DNA of 64,000 nt from Candidatus Acidiferrales bacterium (GCA_963722985.1 CAVROZ010000010.1:14341-78340), one strand, 5' to 3'; positions 39,580-51,193 are shown, counted from the first letter of the stretch. The notes: generated from the sequence alone by a model not told the origin. A program made the numbers and translations.

Positions 39580-40018
39580 AGTTTTCCGCCTACTTTTTTC
39601 CTTGGCATGCATGCCCAAGCCGTTTTGAGCGGCCCACTCCTTTAGGGCTTAAGGGCACGCACAAGGCGGGTGCACACGACCGTTCAAGACCTGAGCGTGC
39701 CCCTCACCTCGCTCGGATGACGAATTTGTGGAAAATCAACTTTGATCCCGCGTTAACCTGTCGTGCCTTCGACCGACCGTGGATCCTGACTGCAGTCGAT
39801 CACCATGACGGGCATGCCGAGCTTTCCCTTCGCCAGTGCGTCATGGTTGAATGTGGTCGCTGTTGGGACGATACGAGCGAACAAAAACGTGGGCCATGTG
39901 GGCAGACCTGGTTGCAGCTCCGGTCTTTTAGCTTTGAGGTTTGACCCACCGGACCGACCGTTTACCCTTGTAATAGAAGGCCTCACGGCTGGAAGGGATG
40001 AGCTACAGACGAGGTCCT

Positions 40019-41818
40019 ATGAATCGCAGAACATTTTTGAAGAGATCAGGATCGGCGTCGCTTTTGCCGATCTGGTCACGCGGATTATTTAGCGACTCGG
40101 GGTTTCGCCGCGTGCGCCCTACCGATGCGGGGTGGCCGTCGAAAGAAGCCTGGAAGCGGCTCAACGATACGGTTGGCGGAAATCTGATTCCGGTAGATTT
40201 TCCGATTCAAGCATGCACGGCGGCACCGGCCACTGCGCAGTGCACGGAACTTTTCAAAAGCCTCAAGAATCCGTACTACATCGGCGACCAACCGGGCGTT
40301 ACGCAGACGCTCGGCTGGGTCGACGCGTGGGCCACAAAGCCTAGTGTTTATGCGGTTGCAGCAAGAAACGCCGAGGACATTGTGGCGGGTGTGAACTTTG
40401 CTCGCGAAAACAACCTGCGTCTTGTGGTAAAAGGCGGAGGGCACAGTTATCAGGGCACGTCGAACGCGCCCGATTCGCTGCTAATCTGGACGCGCCACAT
40501 GCATGACGTGACGATCCACAACGATTTCGTTCCGCAGGGATGCGGGGGAAGGCCCACGTCACAAAGAGCCGTGACACTGGGCGCTGGGGCGATCTGGATG
40601 CACGCTTATGACGCGGTGACGACCAAAGGCGGCGCCTACGTGCAAGGCGGCGGTTGCACTACGGTTGGCGTCGCCGGGCTTATTCAAAGCGGGGGCTTCG
40701 GAAGTTTCTCGAAACATTACGGAAGCGCTGCGTCTGCATTACTCGAAGCCGAAGTCGTCACCGCCGACGGCAAGATTCGCATCGCAAATGCGTGCACAAA
40801 TCCGGATCTGTTCTGGGCGCTCAAAGGCGGTGGTGGAGGGAGCTTCGGCGTGGTCAGCAAATTGACATTGCGAGTGCATGACCTTCCGGAATTTGCGGGC
40901 GGCGCCAATTTCACGGTCAAGGCGGCGACGGACGATGCTTACCGGCGCCTCATTCGCCAATTCGTCGGTTTTTACCGGGAAGCGCTCTTCAACGATCACT
41001 GGGGAGAGCAGGCGCATTTCGAGCCGGACAATACTCTGGAAATCAGTATGGTTTTCCATGGATTGGAGACCGAACCATCGCGAAGGGTTTGGCAGCCGTT
41101 TCTCGATTGGCTGGCAAAGTCTCCGGGCACTTACACGATTGAATCGGAACCCAGCATCGGCGCCATGCCAGCCAGACACTGGTGGGATGTAGATTGGCGC
41201 AAAGAGCATCACCATTCCGTTTTCAAGACTGACACGCGCTCCGGCGCCAGCGCAAACGACGTTTGGTGGACGGGAGACGGGGGACAAGTCGGTTGGGTGA
41301 TTTACGGATTTGAATCGCTGTGGATGCCGGCTTCGTTGCTTGAAGATAACTCCCAGGAGCGGTTGGCTAACGCGTTGTTCGCTGCTTCCCGTTATAGCGA
41401 AGTCGAGCTCCATTTCAACAAGGGCATTGCGGGAGCTCCGCCGGAGGCGATCGAAGCTACGAAAAACACGGCTACGAATCCCTCGGTGTTGGACGCGTTT
41501 GCGCTTGCGATCGTTGCGGACGGGCAGCAAGCAGCCTATCCCGGCGTGGCTGGTCATGAGCCTGACATTCTAAAGGCCCGAAAAGCCAAGGAGAGGGTGC
41601 ATCGTTGTATGGGTGAATTGCGAAATGTGGCCGGCGACGGCGGAGCCTACGTGTCGGAAAGTAATTTCTTCGAAGAGGGCTATCAGCAAGCGTATTGGGG
41701 ATCTAACCACTCGCGCCTTGCGGAAATAAAGAAGAACGTTGATCCGAGCGGGCTGTTTTTCGTGCACAACGGCGTGGGTTCCGAAGAGTGGAGCGCGGAC
41801 GGGTTTACCAAGATCTGA
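40019..41818 (+). CDS. Tat-exported FAD-linked oxidase (berberine bridge enzyme/VAO family)
   Basis: MNRRTFLK twin-arginine signal, KGGGHSY, GGCTTVG, DLFWALKGGGGGSFG, and the C-terminal BBE motif (AYWGSN..L..K..DP..F). Confidence 0.9.
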   Translation: MNRRTFLKRSGSASLLPIWSRGLFSDSGFRRVRPTDAGWPSKEAWKRLNDTVGGNLIPVDFPIQACTAAPATAQCTELFKSLKNPYYIGDQPGVTQTLGWVDAWATKPSVYAVAARNAEDIVAGVNFARENNLRLVVKGGGHSYQGTSNAPDSLLIWTRHMHDVTIHNDFVPQGCGGRPTSQRAVTLGAGAIWMHAYDAVTTKGGAYVQGGGCTTVGVAGLIQSGGFGSFSKHYGSAASALLEAEVVTADGKIRIANACTNPDLFWALKGGGGGSFGVVSKLTLRVHDLPEFAGGANFTVKAATDDAYRRLIRQFVGFYREALFNDHWGEQAHFEPDNTLEISMVFHGLETEPSRRVWQPFLDWLAKSPGTYTIESEPSIGAMPARHWWDVDWRKEHHHSVFKTDTRSGASANDVWWTGDGGQVGWVIYGFESLWMPASLLEDNSQERLANALFAASRYSEVELHFNKGIAGAPPEAIEATKNTATNPSVLDAFALAIVADGQQAAYPGVAGHEPDILKARKAKERVHRCMGELRNVAGDGGAYVSESNFFEEGYQQAYWGSNHSRLAEIKKNVDPSGLFFVHNGVGSEEWSADGFTKI

Positions 41819-42016
41819 TCGATTGAGCCAAGCGAAGCCGAGATTCAATTCCCCGCTGGGGTGCACCTGGTGCTAAAACCCTATGTTGGCGGGCCGCACC
41901 CCTTCGTGCCTCAGGGCAAGCAGAACGCGGGCCCAAGATGTTGGAGCTGACGTGAGAAAAAAACCGGAGGGCTTGCGGACTTGTCTGTGCCAGGCAGGCT
42001 CGGCTTGCGCTACAGG

Positions 42017-42973
42017 TTATTCTTGTTCGAGTTTGATGTGGCCAATGCCGCCTTCGACGGTGAGGTGGATTGTGTTGGGAGATTTGCCGTAGGCATCGTT
42101 GGTGTATTGGCCGTCTTCTTCTTTCAAGCCGTGGACATCGACCGATCCCAGGCCGCCGTGAACGCTGGCCACGACTCCCACAGTCTTTGGGAGGAGAATG
42201 ATTGCTTCGCCGACGCCGCCGTGGATTTCGGCTTGCAGATCTTTGGCTCGCTCGCCAGTTAGATTCACGTTGGCTTGGCCGGCGCCGATATTCAATTCCA
42301 GGCGCGTCAGATCGACATTCGCTAAATTCAGATCGCCCCGACCTGCCCCTACATCAATTTCCAGCTCGAGCGGCACGTGATTATTCACCTTTAGCTTCCA
42401 GATGTTGTCGGAATTGGTCATCAACTGATTGGCGCTCTGTTGATTGATCGAAAGTGTTCCAAGCCCGTTCTCCACGGTGTATTCCACGGCGGGCGCGGCC
42501 CATGACGCGCCCTGCGAAAAATCGCCCTCCAGCAGCCGCTTGGCTCCACCCTCAATGTGAAGTTCTCCCGCGGGCATGTTCACCGTCATGCGCACGGCTT
42601 TGGCATCCTTCAGATCAACTGTCTCGGCCTCATGGGAGTGGCGCCCGGTGCCGGCAGAGACATGCATCCAATCATGGTGTGATGGTCCGCGCCAATGCCA
42701 AATCAGCAGGCCCAAGACCATGATGAAGAGCAACGTGCCGATGGTCGAACCAACGGGAAACAGCGGCGCGCTCTCGGGGTTGCTACGCCTTTGAGCGCTA
42801 TCCCAAAACATTCCAGCGCCGACCAGGATCAGTAGCAACGGCCAATATTTCCAGAGTGCGGGCCATGGATCGAATTCCGGTAGCCAGCGAGTCATCAGAA
42901 AAAGCACGCCGATTCCGATCAGGAGAAGCGGAAAGACCACGGAAGTGCTTCGCACGCGGTTGTCTTGAGCCAT
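42017..42973 (-). CDS. Membrane protein with LiaI/LiaF-like TM region and toast-rack (DUF2154-like) domain
   Basis: LLLIGIGVLFL..WKYWPLLLILVG TM region, followed by beta-solenoid repeats (VGAGRGDL, IGAGQANV, GGVGEA, GGLGSV, GGIGHI). Confidence 0.8.
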   Translation of the reverse strand: MAQDNRVRSTSVVFPLLLIGIGVLFLMTRWLPEFDPWPALWKYWPLLLILVGAGMFWDSAQRRSNPESAPLFPVGSTIGTLLFIMVLGLLIWHWRGPSHHDWMHVSAGTGRHSHEAETVDLKDAKAVRMTVNMPAGELHIEGGAKRLLEGDFSQGASWAAPAVEYTVENGLGTLSINQQSANQLMTNSDNIWKLKVNNHVPLELEIDVGAGRGDLNLANVDLTRLELNIGAGQANVNLTGERAKDLQAEIHGGVGEAIILLPKTVGVVASVHGGLGSVDVHGLKEEDGQYTNDAYGKSPNTIHLTVEGGIGHIKLEQE

Positions 42974-43175
42974 GCTTGCCCCTTCTACCCTTTTCTACGT
43001 AGGAAAACAGCCAAATGTTCCACCTGAGGGCCGACTGCGCCCATCGTAGGCTCGATTCTTCGGGGCGTCAAATTCCCACTGCGACGGGCGCCATGCTAGA
43101 GTGCGAAAAGCCCCAATCTTCGAACCCCCGAGATACGCCCGTTGCCTGAGGGCTGACAATCGCGTGCGGATTAGG

Positions 43176-43194
43176 GTTCCAGCAGTGCTGGAAC
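43176..43194. promoter_or_regulatory. 19-bp palindrome GTTCCAGCA-G-TGCTGGAAC upstream of deoB
   Basis: Perfect 9-bp inverted repeat ending 33 nt before the deoB ATG, in a divergent intergenic region. Confidence 0.45.
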
Positions 43195-43227
43195 TCGACG
43201 AAGAACGTCTCAGGATAGAGGTAAGCT

Positions 43228-44403
43228 ATGGCGATGTTTAACCGCGTCATTTGGGTTGTACTGGACAGCGTCGGGATCGGGGCGTTACCCGATGCGGCGG
43301 ATTACGACGATGCGGGCCGTAGCACCTTGGGGCATATTGCTGAGTCGCGGCGTTTGCGGCTTCCAAATCTTGTGAAGTTGGGCTTGGCCAACATTGCCCC
43401 GCTCGCCAGTCTTCCTCCGCCTCTGGATCCATTGGCATCGTTCGGAAAAGGCGCTACACGTTCACCCGGGAAAGACACGACGACCGGTCATTGGGAAATG
43501 GCAGGAGTGTGGCTCGATCAGGCGTTTCCCGTTTACAAACATGGGTTTCCACCGGAAATTCTGGATGCGTTCGAAGCGCAGATCGGACGCAAAACGATTG
43601 GCAACAAGCCCGCTTCCGGCACGGAAATTATCAAGGAACTCGGTGAAGAGCACGTCCACACGGGAAAGCCGATCGTCTACACTTCAGGCGACAGTGTCTT
43701 TCAAATTGCTGCCCATGAAGATGCGATTCCTATCGGCGACCTGTATCGCATGTGTGAGATTGCGCGGAAACTGCTCGACGGGAAGCATCGCGTTGGCCGC
43801 GTGATTGCGCGCCCGTTCACTGGAACGGCGGGACATTTCACGCGGACGTCACGCCGTCATGATTACGCCGTCGATCCGCCGAAGCCCATGCTTCTCGACA
43901 TTCTTGACGAAAAGCATGTGCCGGTTTTTGGTATTGGCAAAATTCACGACATCTACAATGGCAGAGGCGTAGGTGACTACGTCACGACGAAATCCAATGC
44001 CGACGGTATCGAGCAACTGACCACGGCGACGCGCGAACGGAAGAACGGGCTCGTTTTTTGCAATCTTGTGGACTTCGACATGCTATTTGGACACCGCAAG
44101 GACGTGGAGGGCTTTGCTCGGTCTCTCGAAGATTTTGATGAGGCGCTGGCTGTGTATCTACCGCTGCTAGGACCGGGGGATCTTTTGATTCTCACCGCCG
44201 ACCACGGGTGTGATCCCGATCCGCGATGGGAAACCACTGACCATTCGCGCGAGTATGTACCGATTCTGGCGTATTCTCCGGCGCAGAAAATCGGGAAGTA
44301 TCTTGGAGTGCGATCGACGCTTGCCGATATGGGGCAGACCATCGCCGAGAATTTTGACGGACGGATTCCTCACGGCGAAAGCTTTCTGGCCATGCTTCAG
44401 TAG
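43228..44403 (+). CDS. deoB: Phosphopentomutase
   Basis: VLDSVGIG, GKDTTTGHWE, YTSGDSV, RVIARPF, NLVDFD..GHR, TADHGCDP, HSREYVP. Confidence 0.97.
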   Translation: MAMFNRVIWVVLDSVGIGALPDAADYDDAGRSTLGHIAESRRLRLPNLVKLGLANIAPLASLPPPLDPLASFGKGATRSPGKDTTTGHWEMAGVWLDQAFPVYKHGFPPEILDAFEAQIGRKTIGNKPASGTEIIKELGEEHVHTGKPIVYTSGDSVFQIAAHEDAIPIGDLYRMCEIARKLLDGKHRVGRVIARPFTGTAGHFTRTSRRHDYAVDPPKPMLLDILDEKHVPVFGIGKIHDIYNGRGVGDYVTTKSNADGIEQLTTATRERKNGLVFCNLVDFDMLFGHRKDVEGFARSLEDFDEALAVYLPLLGPGDLLILTADHGCDPDPRWETTDHSREYVPILAYSPAQKIGKYLGVRSTLADMGQTIAENFDGRIPHGESFLAMLQ

Positions 44404-44534
44404 ACCCTTGCTCTCTGAAACAACGAGAAACCTGGCGGCATGGTTCACGTTTTGCGGACACGGGTCCAACAATGCGGGACTCCTGGACGGAAGAAGAACG
44501 CCGATCTGCCCGGGGCCGGGGCTACAAGGAAGGA

Positions 44535-45518
44535 TTACTTGCCGGTGGCCGTGGGCCCACCGGCAGGGGCGTAGTAGCCGTTCCGGGTGCGGGCTACGAG
44601 TTTGCCGTGGCCTCGGGGCGGGATGACGTCAACGTGCACGCTGCGGAAGCTGCCATCCCTGGTGGTATTCGAGGGATAGTAGGCCAGCGTGTATTGATGG
44701 CGGATGTCATGGGCCACTTGTTCGCAGATTGAGTGCACGTCCTCGACATTTTCCGGGAAGAAGGCAACACCACCGGATGCCTGGGCAATTTCCGTGAGCG
44801 CTCTTTTCGCGTTCTTAGCACTCTTCTTACTTTCCTGGCTCAGTAGGCCGATTGTGTAGATGACGGTATCGGTCTTTTGAATTTCGCGGATGGTTTTCTC
44901 GAGAGAGTTGCGGCTGGTGTTGTCTTCACCATCGGTAACAATCAGCAGGACCTTCTTCTCTTTGCTGCCCTTCTTCAGGTGATCCAGGGAACCGATGATG
45001 GCGTCATAGAGAGCGGTGCTGCCGCGGGCATCGATGCGCTCAAGTGCTTCTTTTAGTTCCGGTATGCTGCTCGAGAAGTCTTTGTCCAGATCGAGATAGA
45101 AGTCGTCGTTGAAATTCACGACAAAAGCTTCATCCTGGGGATTGCTGCTCTGGACGAGTGTCAAGGCAGCTTCGTTTACCCGTGGGCGTTTATCTCGCAT
45201 GCTGCCACTGTTGTCGATGACCAGTCCCATGCTAACGGGAATGTCCTCTCGCTTGAAGACAGAAAGCTTCTGTTCCACTTTATCTTCGTAGACGCGGAAG
45301 TTTTCTTCGGTCAAGCCATCCACGAATTTGCCGCGGTCGTCGAGTACGCTGGTATGCAGCACAACCAAGTTGACGTTCAGCGCGATTCTTCCCTGCTTAT
45401 TGTCAGGAGTATTCTGGCCGGGAGGAGGCGGTGGTGGTGCCGGCGCCACCGGAACTTGCGCAAGCGCAGTTCCTGCGCGCAGAACAAACACAAGAAAAAA
45501 AAGTGTGGCGAGTTTCAC
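44535..45518 (-). CDS. Secreted VWA domain protein (acidobacterial VWFA type)
   Basis: GTG 45518 with signal peptide; MIDAS DNSGS, GSTALYDA, TDGED, YTLAY. Confidence 0.9.
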   Translation of the reverse strand: MKLATLFFLVFVLRAGTALAQVPVAPAPPPPPPGQNTPDNKQGRIALNVNLVVLHTSVLDDRGKFVDGLTEENFRVYEDKVEQKLSVFKREDIPVSMGLVIDNSGSMRDKRPRVNEAALTLVQSSNPQDEAFVVNFNDDFYLDLDKDFSSSIPELKEALERIDARGSTALYDAIIGSLDHLKKGSKEKKVLLIVTDGEDNTSRNSLEKTIREIQKTDTVIYTIGLLSQESKKSAKNAKRALTEIAQASGGVAFFPENVEDVHSICEQVAHDIRHQYTLAYYPSNTTRDGSFRSVHVDVIPPRGHGKLVARTRNGYYAPAGGPTATGK

Positions 45519-45540
45519 GCAGGCTGACGAGTGTGGCTTG

Positions 45541-46629
45541 TCAGTGCGCGGGCGCGTAATAGCCGGTCTTGGAGTAGACCGAAAGAGGCGGAAGGCCTTT
45601 GGGCGCGCGCAGTTTGATTTTGATTTTGCGCCAACGAGCGTCGTGGACGTGATTGCTTGGTCGGTATCCCAGTACATATTGATTGCGCAGCTCCATGCCG
45701 ATCTTGGACGCGATGTCCGGCAGATCATTTAGATGCTCGACGGCGAAGACACGACCACCCGTGAGTTCGGTTACCTCGGCGAGCAGCGAAGGCCCGTTGA
45801 GCTCTTCCGGTGTACGATTGCGATATCCAAGCGGGTCGTAGATTCCGATGGCATAGAGCTGGGTATCGGCTTCCTTTACCAGCCGCTTGATATCGTTCTC
45901 GTTGTACCTACTATGATTATCCCCTCCATCGGAGAGGATGAGCAAGGCGCGCTTTGCGTTGTGTGCACCCCTCATTTGACTTAGCCCGAGGTAGATGGCG
46001 TCCAAAAGAGCGGTTCGGCCTTTTGGAGCGGTGAGCATCATCCGGCTCTGGAGGTCTTCCACACTGTTTGTAAACGTGCTGGTGAGCTCGGCGCGTTCGT
46101 TGAAGCTGACAAGGAAAAACTCATCCTGCGGATTGGCGGTCTTAAAGAATTCCAAAGCCGCCTCGCGTGCTTTGTCGACCTTATTAGCCATGCTACCGCT
46201 GAAATCGAAGATCACGCCGATCGAAATAGGAACATCCTCAGAAGAGAACGAGACAATCTCCTGCTCAATGTTGTCTTCAAATACGCGGAAGTTGTCTGGC
46301 TCGAGCCCAGTCACCAGCCGATTGTAGGGATCCGTCACCGTCACGTTGACGAGCGCCAAGTCGACATCGGCCTTAATGATTTTCCCCGGTTTGATGAGTA
46401 CAGATGGCGTGTTTCGAGAGGCGTCAGCCGGCGGTTTCGGTGCGCTGTCCGGCACCGGTGTCACCATGATTGCAGCAGGCGGTGGTGGCGCGGAGATTTC
46501 CGGTGGATCAGGGGCAGGAGGATCCTGCGCAAAGGTGGGGATTGCAACACAGAGAGCGATCAGGCACGCGACGGGACCGGTTTTCGCCAGCCAATGAGCT
46601 ACAAACGACTTGCACCAATCGCGCTTCAC
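45541..46629 (-). CDS. Secreted VWA domain protein (acidobacterial VWFA type)
   Basis: GTG 46629 with GGGGA RBS; DFSGS, GRTALLDA, SDGGD, QYVLGY. Confidence 0.9.
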   Translation of the reverse strand: MKRDWCKSFVAHWLAKTGPVACLIALCVAIPTFAQDPPAPDPPEISAPPPPAAIMVTPVPDSAPKPPADASRNTPSVLIKPGKIIKADVDLALVNVTVTDPYNRLVTGLEPDNFRVFEDNIEQEIVSFSSEDVPISIGVIFDFSGSMANKVDKAREAALEFFKTANPQDEFFLVSFNERAELTSTFTNSVEDLQSRMMLTAPKGRTALLDAIYLGLSQMRGAHNAKRALLILSDGGDNHSRYNENDIKRLVKEADTQLYAIGIYDPLGYRNRTPEELNGPSLLAEVTELTGGRVFAVEHLNDLPDIASKIGMELRNQYVLGYRPSNHVHDARWRKIKIKLRAPKGLPPLSVYSKTGYYAPAH

Positions 46630-46829
46630 AGTCCCCCATTTACCCGGTTCTATCGGACAGCCGCGCGGTGAACTCATGATAGCACCGGCGCACCGGAAGG
46701 CAAGCCCCTTCGTCATCGTCTTTCGCGAGCGAAGGCTCAACGTCGTGCGTTTGTTGCTGGCACGTGATCTTCCAAATGGCGCTGCTGTGTTAGCATCGCA
46801 AAGATGTTTCTTCGGGAGAAACAGCTGTC

Positions 46830-47588
46830 ATGTCCGATCCCCTTGTCGTCGTTGTGATTCCCGCGCGCTTCGGATCGACGCGATTACCAGGCAAGCCGCT
46901 TGTGACTTTAGGCGGAAAACCCATGGTCCAACACGTTTACGAACGGGCCAAGCGGGCGCAAACCGTACACAAGGTGCTGGTCGCCACGGACGATCAACGG
47001 ATTTTCGATGCGGTGCATTTGTTTGGAGGTGAGGCGCGTATGACTCGCCCCGATCATCGCACCGGGACTGAGCGCGTTGCGGAGGTTGCGGTTCACGAGT
47101 CTGGCGATATCTTCATCAACGTGCAAGGGGACGAACCCCTGATTGATCCGGTGTCCATCGACACTGCGGTGGCCGCGTTACTCGAGGAGCCACCGGCACA
47201 AATCGCAACCGTGGCCACGCCCATTCGGCACGCCAACGAGATCATGGACCCGAACGTGGTCAAAACCGTCCTTGATTTTGACGAAAACGCTCTCTATTTC
47301 TCTCGAGCGCCGATTCCCTGGATTCGGGACACGCAGCAAAAAATCCACGTCAAATATTGGAAGCATCTCGGGCTGTATGTTTTTCAGCGAGACGCCCTTC
47401 TCGAATACCCGACGTTGCCGCAGGGAGAGCTCGAGAAAATCGAGCAACTCGAACAGCTTCGATGGCTCGAAAACGGCTGGCGCATCCGCGTCGTCGAGGT
47501 GCCACGGGATGCGGTGAGTGTTGACGTGCCTGAAGATATTTCGCGGGTGGAAAAACTGTTGAGAGAGGAAAAACGCCCGGAGAGCTAA
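46830..47588 (+). CDS. kdsB: 3-deoxy-manno-octulosonate cytidylyltransferase
   Basis: IPARFGSTRLPGKPL, TGTERV, NVQGDEP, ALYFSR, LEQLR. Confidence 0.97.
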   Translation: MSDPLVVVVIPARFGSTRLPGKPLVTLGGKPMVQHVYERAKRAQTVHKVLVATDDQRIFDAVHLFGGEARMTRPDHRTGTERVAEVAVHESGDIFINVQGDEPLIDPVSIDTAVAALLEEPPAQIATVATPIRHANEIMDPNVVKTVLDFDENALYFSRAPIPWIRDTQQKIHVKYWKHLGLYVFQRDALLEYPTLPQGELEKIEQLEQLRWLENGWRIRVVEVPRDAVSVDVPEDISRVEKLLREEKRPES

Positions 47589-47611
47589 GCTGGTTCGATC
47601 AGAAACTGCGT

Positions 47612-49183
47612 TTATTGTTGGTTGACCGTTCCCGCCATAGTGCGCACACTGTCCGAACAAATCATCAATACTTTACCCGCATTCACAAAATAGGCCTGGA
47701 AGTTCAAGGTGACCGACGGGCTTCCGGACAGGCCATATTTATAGTGATTATTTGCCGTGCCATCGCCGTTGATTGTCAGCGTCCCGGCCAGACCCACATC
47801 GGTATAGACGGTTTTTGAACTCAGCCCGACCTCGGTGTAGTCGGCAATTCCCGAAATGTTACTGGCGTTCGTGTTCGCCAGCGCGTATTGCCCGATACCA
47901 TCTTCCGCGAACGGGACAATCGTTGAGGACCCTAACTGCACCCCGTTCCAACTCGCCGCATAATCCCCCGCGCTTAGCGCGAACGGTCCGGCGGCCTGAG
48001 CATACATCGGGCCGGTTCCGATGATGCCTTTTGTTGTTTCGAGCGCCACTCCAGCCATCGGCGAAATCAAATAAAACACATCGGCGAACGTTCCCACGCC
48101 GGAATCCTTGAAAGTGAATGTGCCTCTGCCGCTCCCAGAATTTGTCGTGTCCATCGCATAGGTGGCCGCAGAAATATTCCCACCCTGCGACACGTGCGTG
48201 TAACTGCCGTCGTTGTTGTCGTCCAAAGAGATTGCGCCCAAGTTGCCGTTTCCGTCCGTCGTGAATCGCGCGACTCGCGTGATTTGCGCCTGCGGTCCGA
48301 GAATCGATGCGCCGGCGATCAGATAGACAAAACTGCCAGTGATTTGCGAGTTCTCGGTTGGGATGGTTCCGGTTTGCTGCAAGGCTTCGCCAGCACTGCC
48401 GCCCAAAGTGTCTTCCTCGACCATGTTCAAGCGCGTAGAATCGACGATATAGAAAGCGTAGGTCCGCCCATTGAAGGTCATCATGCCGCGCCCGAAGTTG
48501 GTGCCGTTCCCGTTCGTGTCGAGCGCGTACGTTCCAGGCGAAACGGCTGTCGCCCCGGACGAAGTGCCCACGTTACCGTCGTTCGTGTCCATGACTCCGC
48601 CCGTGATGTTGCCGTTGCCATCTCCGGCGAACTGACCTGCCAGGGCGATCGGCGCAGCCTTTTGCGCCGTAAGGGAAACGCCATAGAGACCGAAAACGTA
48701 GGAGTGCGCCAGCGCAGAGTTGGCAAAATCGCCGCTGGTTTGCAAATTGAAGGTGCCGCTGGTGGCGGCGTTCAAGTCCGTTTCCACCATGTTTCCCGTG
48801 CTCGCCGACAGCAGGATCAGGTTGAACGCTAGGTCGCCGCTCGCGGCATTCAGTGCGATCTGTCCCCGGCCGTTCGACTCGATCTGATAGCTGCCACCGG
48901 TGAAGGGGATCTGCGAGGCCGGCTGTCCCAGGCTTAAATTAAGCATATCCTCTAGACCGCCGGTGATAGTTCCGGTTCCGTCCGCGCTAAAGGAGCCCAC
49001 GCGAGCAAAGTACGCGCCGTTGACGTCAACGCCAGCCATCGAGAAAGCATATTGGCCCTTTAAGCTTGCGTCTGAAAACGGACCCGAGGGAGGCGGTGCG
49101 GGACTCTTGCCGCCACAAGCCGCGAGACCGAGGGTGAGGACGGTGATGGCGAACGCCAAGCAAGGTTTTCGACACACCCGCAT
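47612..49183 (-). CDS. Lipoprotein with four beta-rich internal repeats
   Basis: Lipobox LAAC. Repeats start SLKGQYAF, ALAHSYVF, QITGSFVY, LSAGDYAA; recurring DGxG.I and GRG motifs. Confidence 0.8.
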   Translation of the reverse strand: MRVCRKPCLAFAITVLTLGLAACGGKSPAPPPSGPFSDASLKGQYAFSMAGVDVNGAYFARVGSFSADGTGTITGGLEDMLNLSLGQPASQIPFTGGSYQIESNGRGQIALNAASGDLAFNLILLSASTGNMVETDLNAATSGTFNLQTSGDFANSALAHSYVFGLYGVSLTAQKAAPIALAGQFAGDGNGNITGGVMDTNDGNVGTSSGATAVSPGTYALDTNGNGTNFGRGMMTFNGRTYAFYIVDSTRLNMVEEDTLGGSAGEALQQTGTIPTENSQITGSFVYLIAGASILGPQAQITRVARFTTDGNGNLGAISLDDNNDGSYTHVSQGGNISAATYAMDTTNSGSGRGTFTFKDSGVGTFADVFYLISPMAGVALETTKGIIGTGPMYAQAAGPFALSAGDYAASWNGVQLGSSTIVPFAEDGIGQYALANTNASNISGIADYTEVGLSSKTVYTDVGLAGTLTINGDGTANNHYKYGLSGSPSVTLNFQAYFVNAGKVLMICSDSVRTMAGTVNQQ

Positions 49184-49347
49184 GTATTCATGCTCCCTGG
49201 GAATGACCCCGTCCAGCATAATCGTTTCTGGTCGTCCTGCAAACTCACGCCGACACGTGTGTTTGTCGAACAAGACGGAACATTAGGTGTCGGGATCCGT
49301 GTCAGCGGAGAACCGAAATTCCGATGAGTTGATCCCAAGACTTTGCA

Positions 49348-49376
49348 TTGACACCCTTCGGCCTTCCGAACATAAT
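49348..49376 (+). promoter_or_regulatory. sigma70 promoter of pyrG-kdsA-kdsD
   Basis: Near-consensus TTGACA-17 nt-CATAAT. Confidence 0.75.
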
Positions 49377-49409
49377 TGTATGTACGTCAATCCTGCGGAG
49401 GTTCGATAA

Positions 49410-51131
<1,722 letters not shown>

Positions 51132-51193
51132 GAAGGAAACCGCTATTGAGGGTTTGTGGCCTGCCTTTGGGTTCTCGCCTTGTGGTATCTTCA

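Noticed and set aside
39753-39986. 77-aa minus-strand ORF
   Set aside because: It may be a gene fragment, but I recognise no family and it has no clear RBS.
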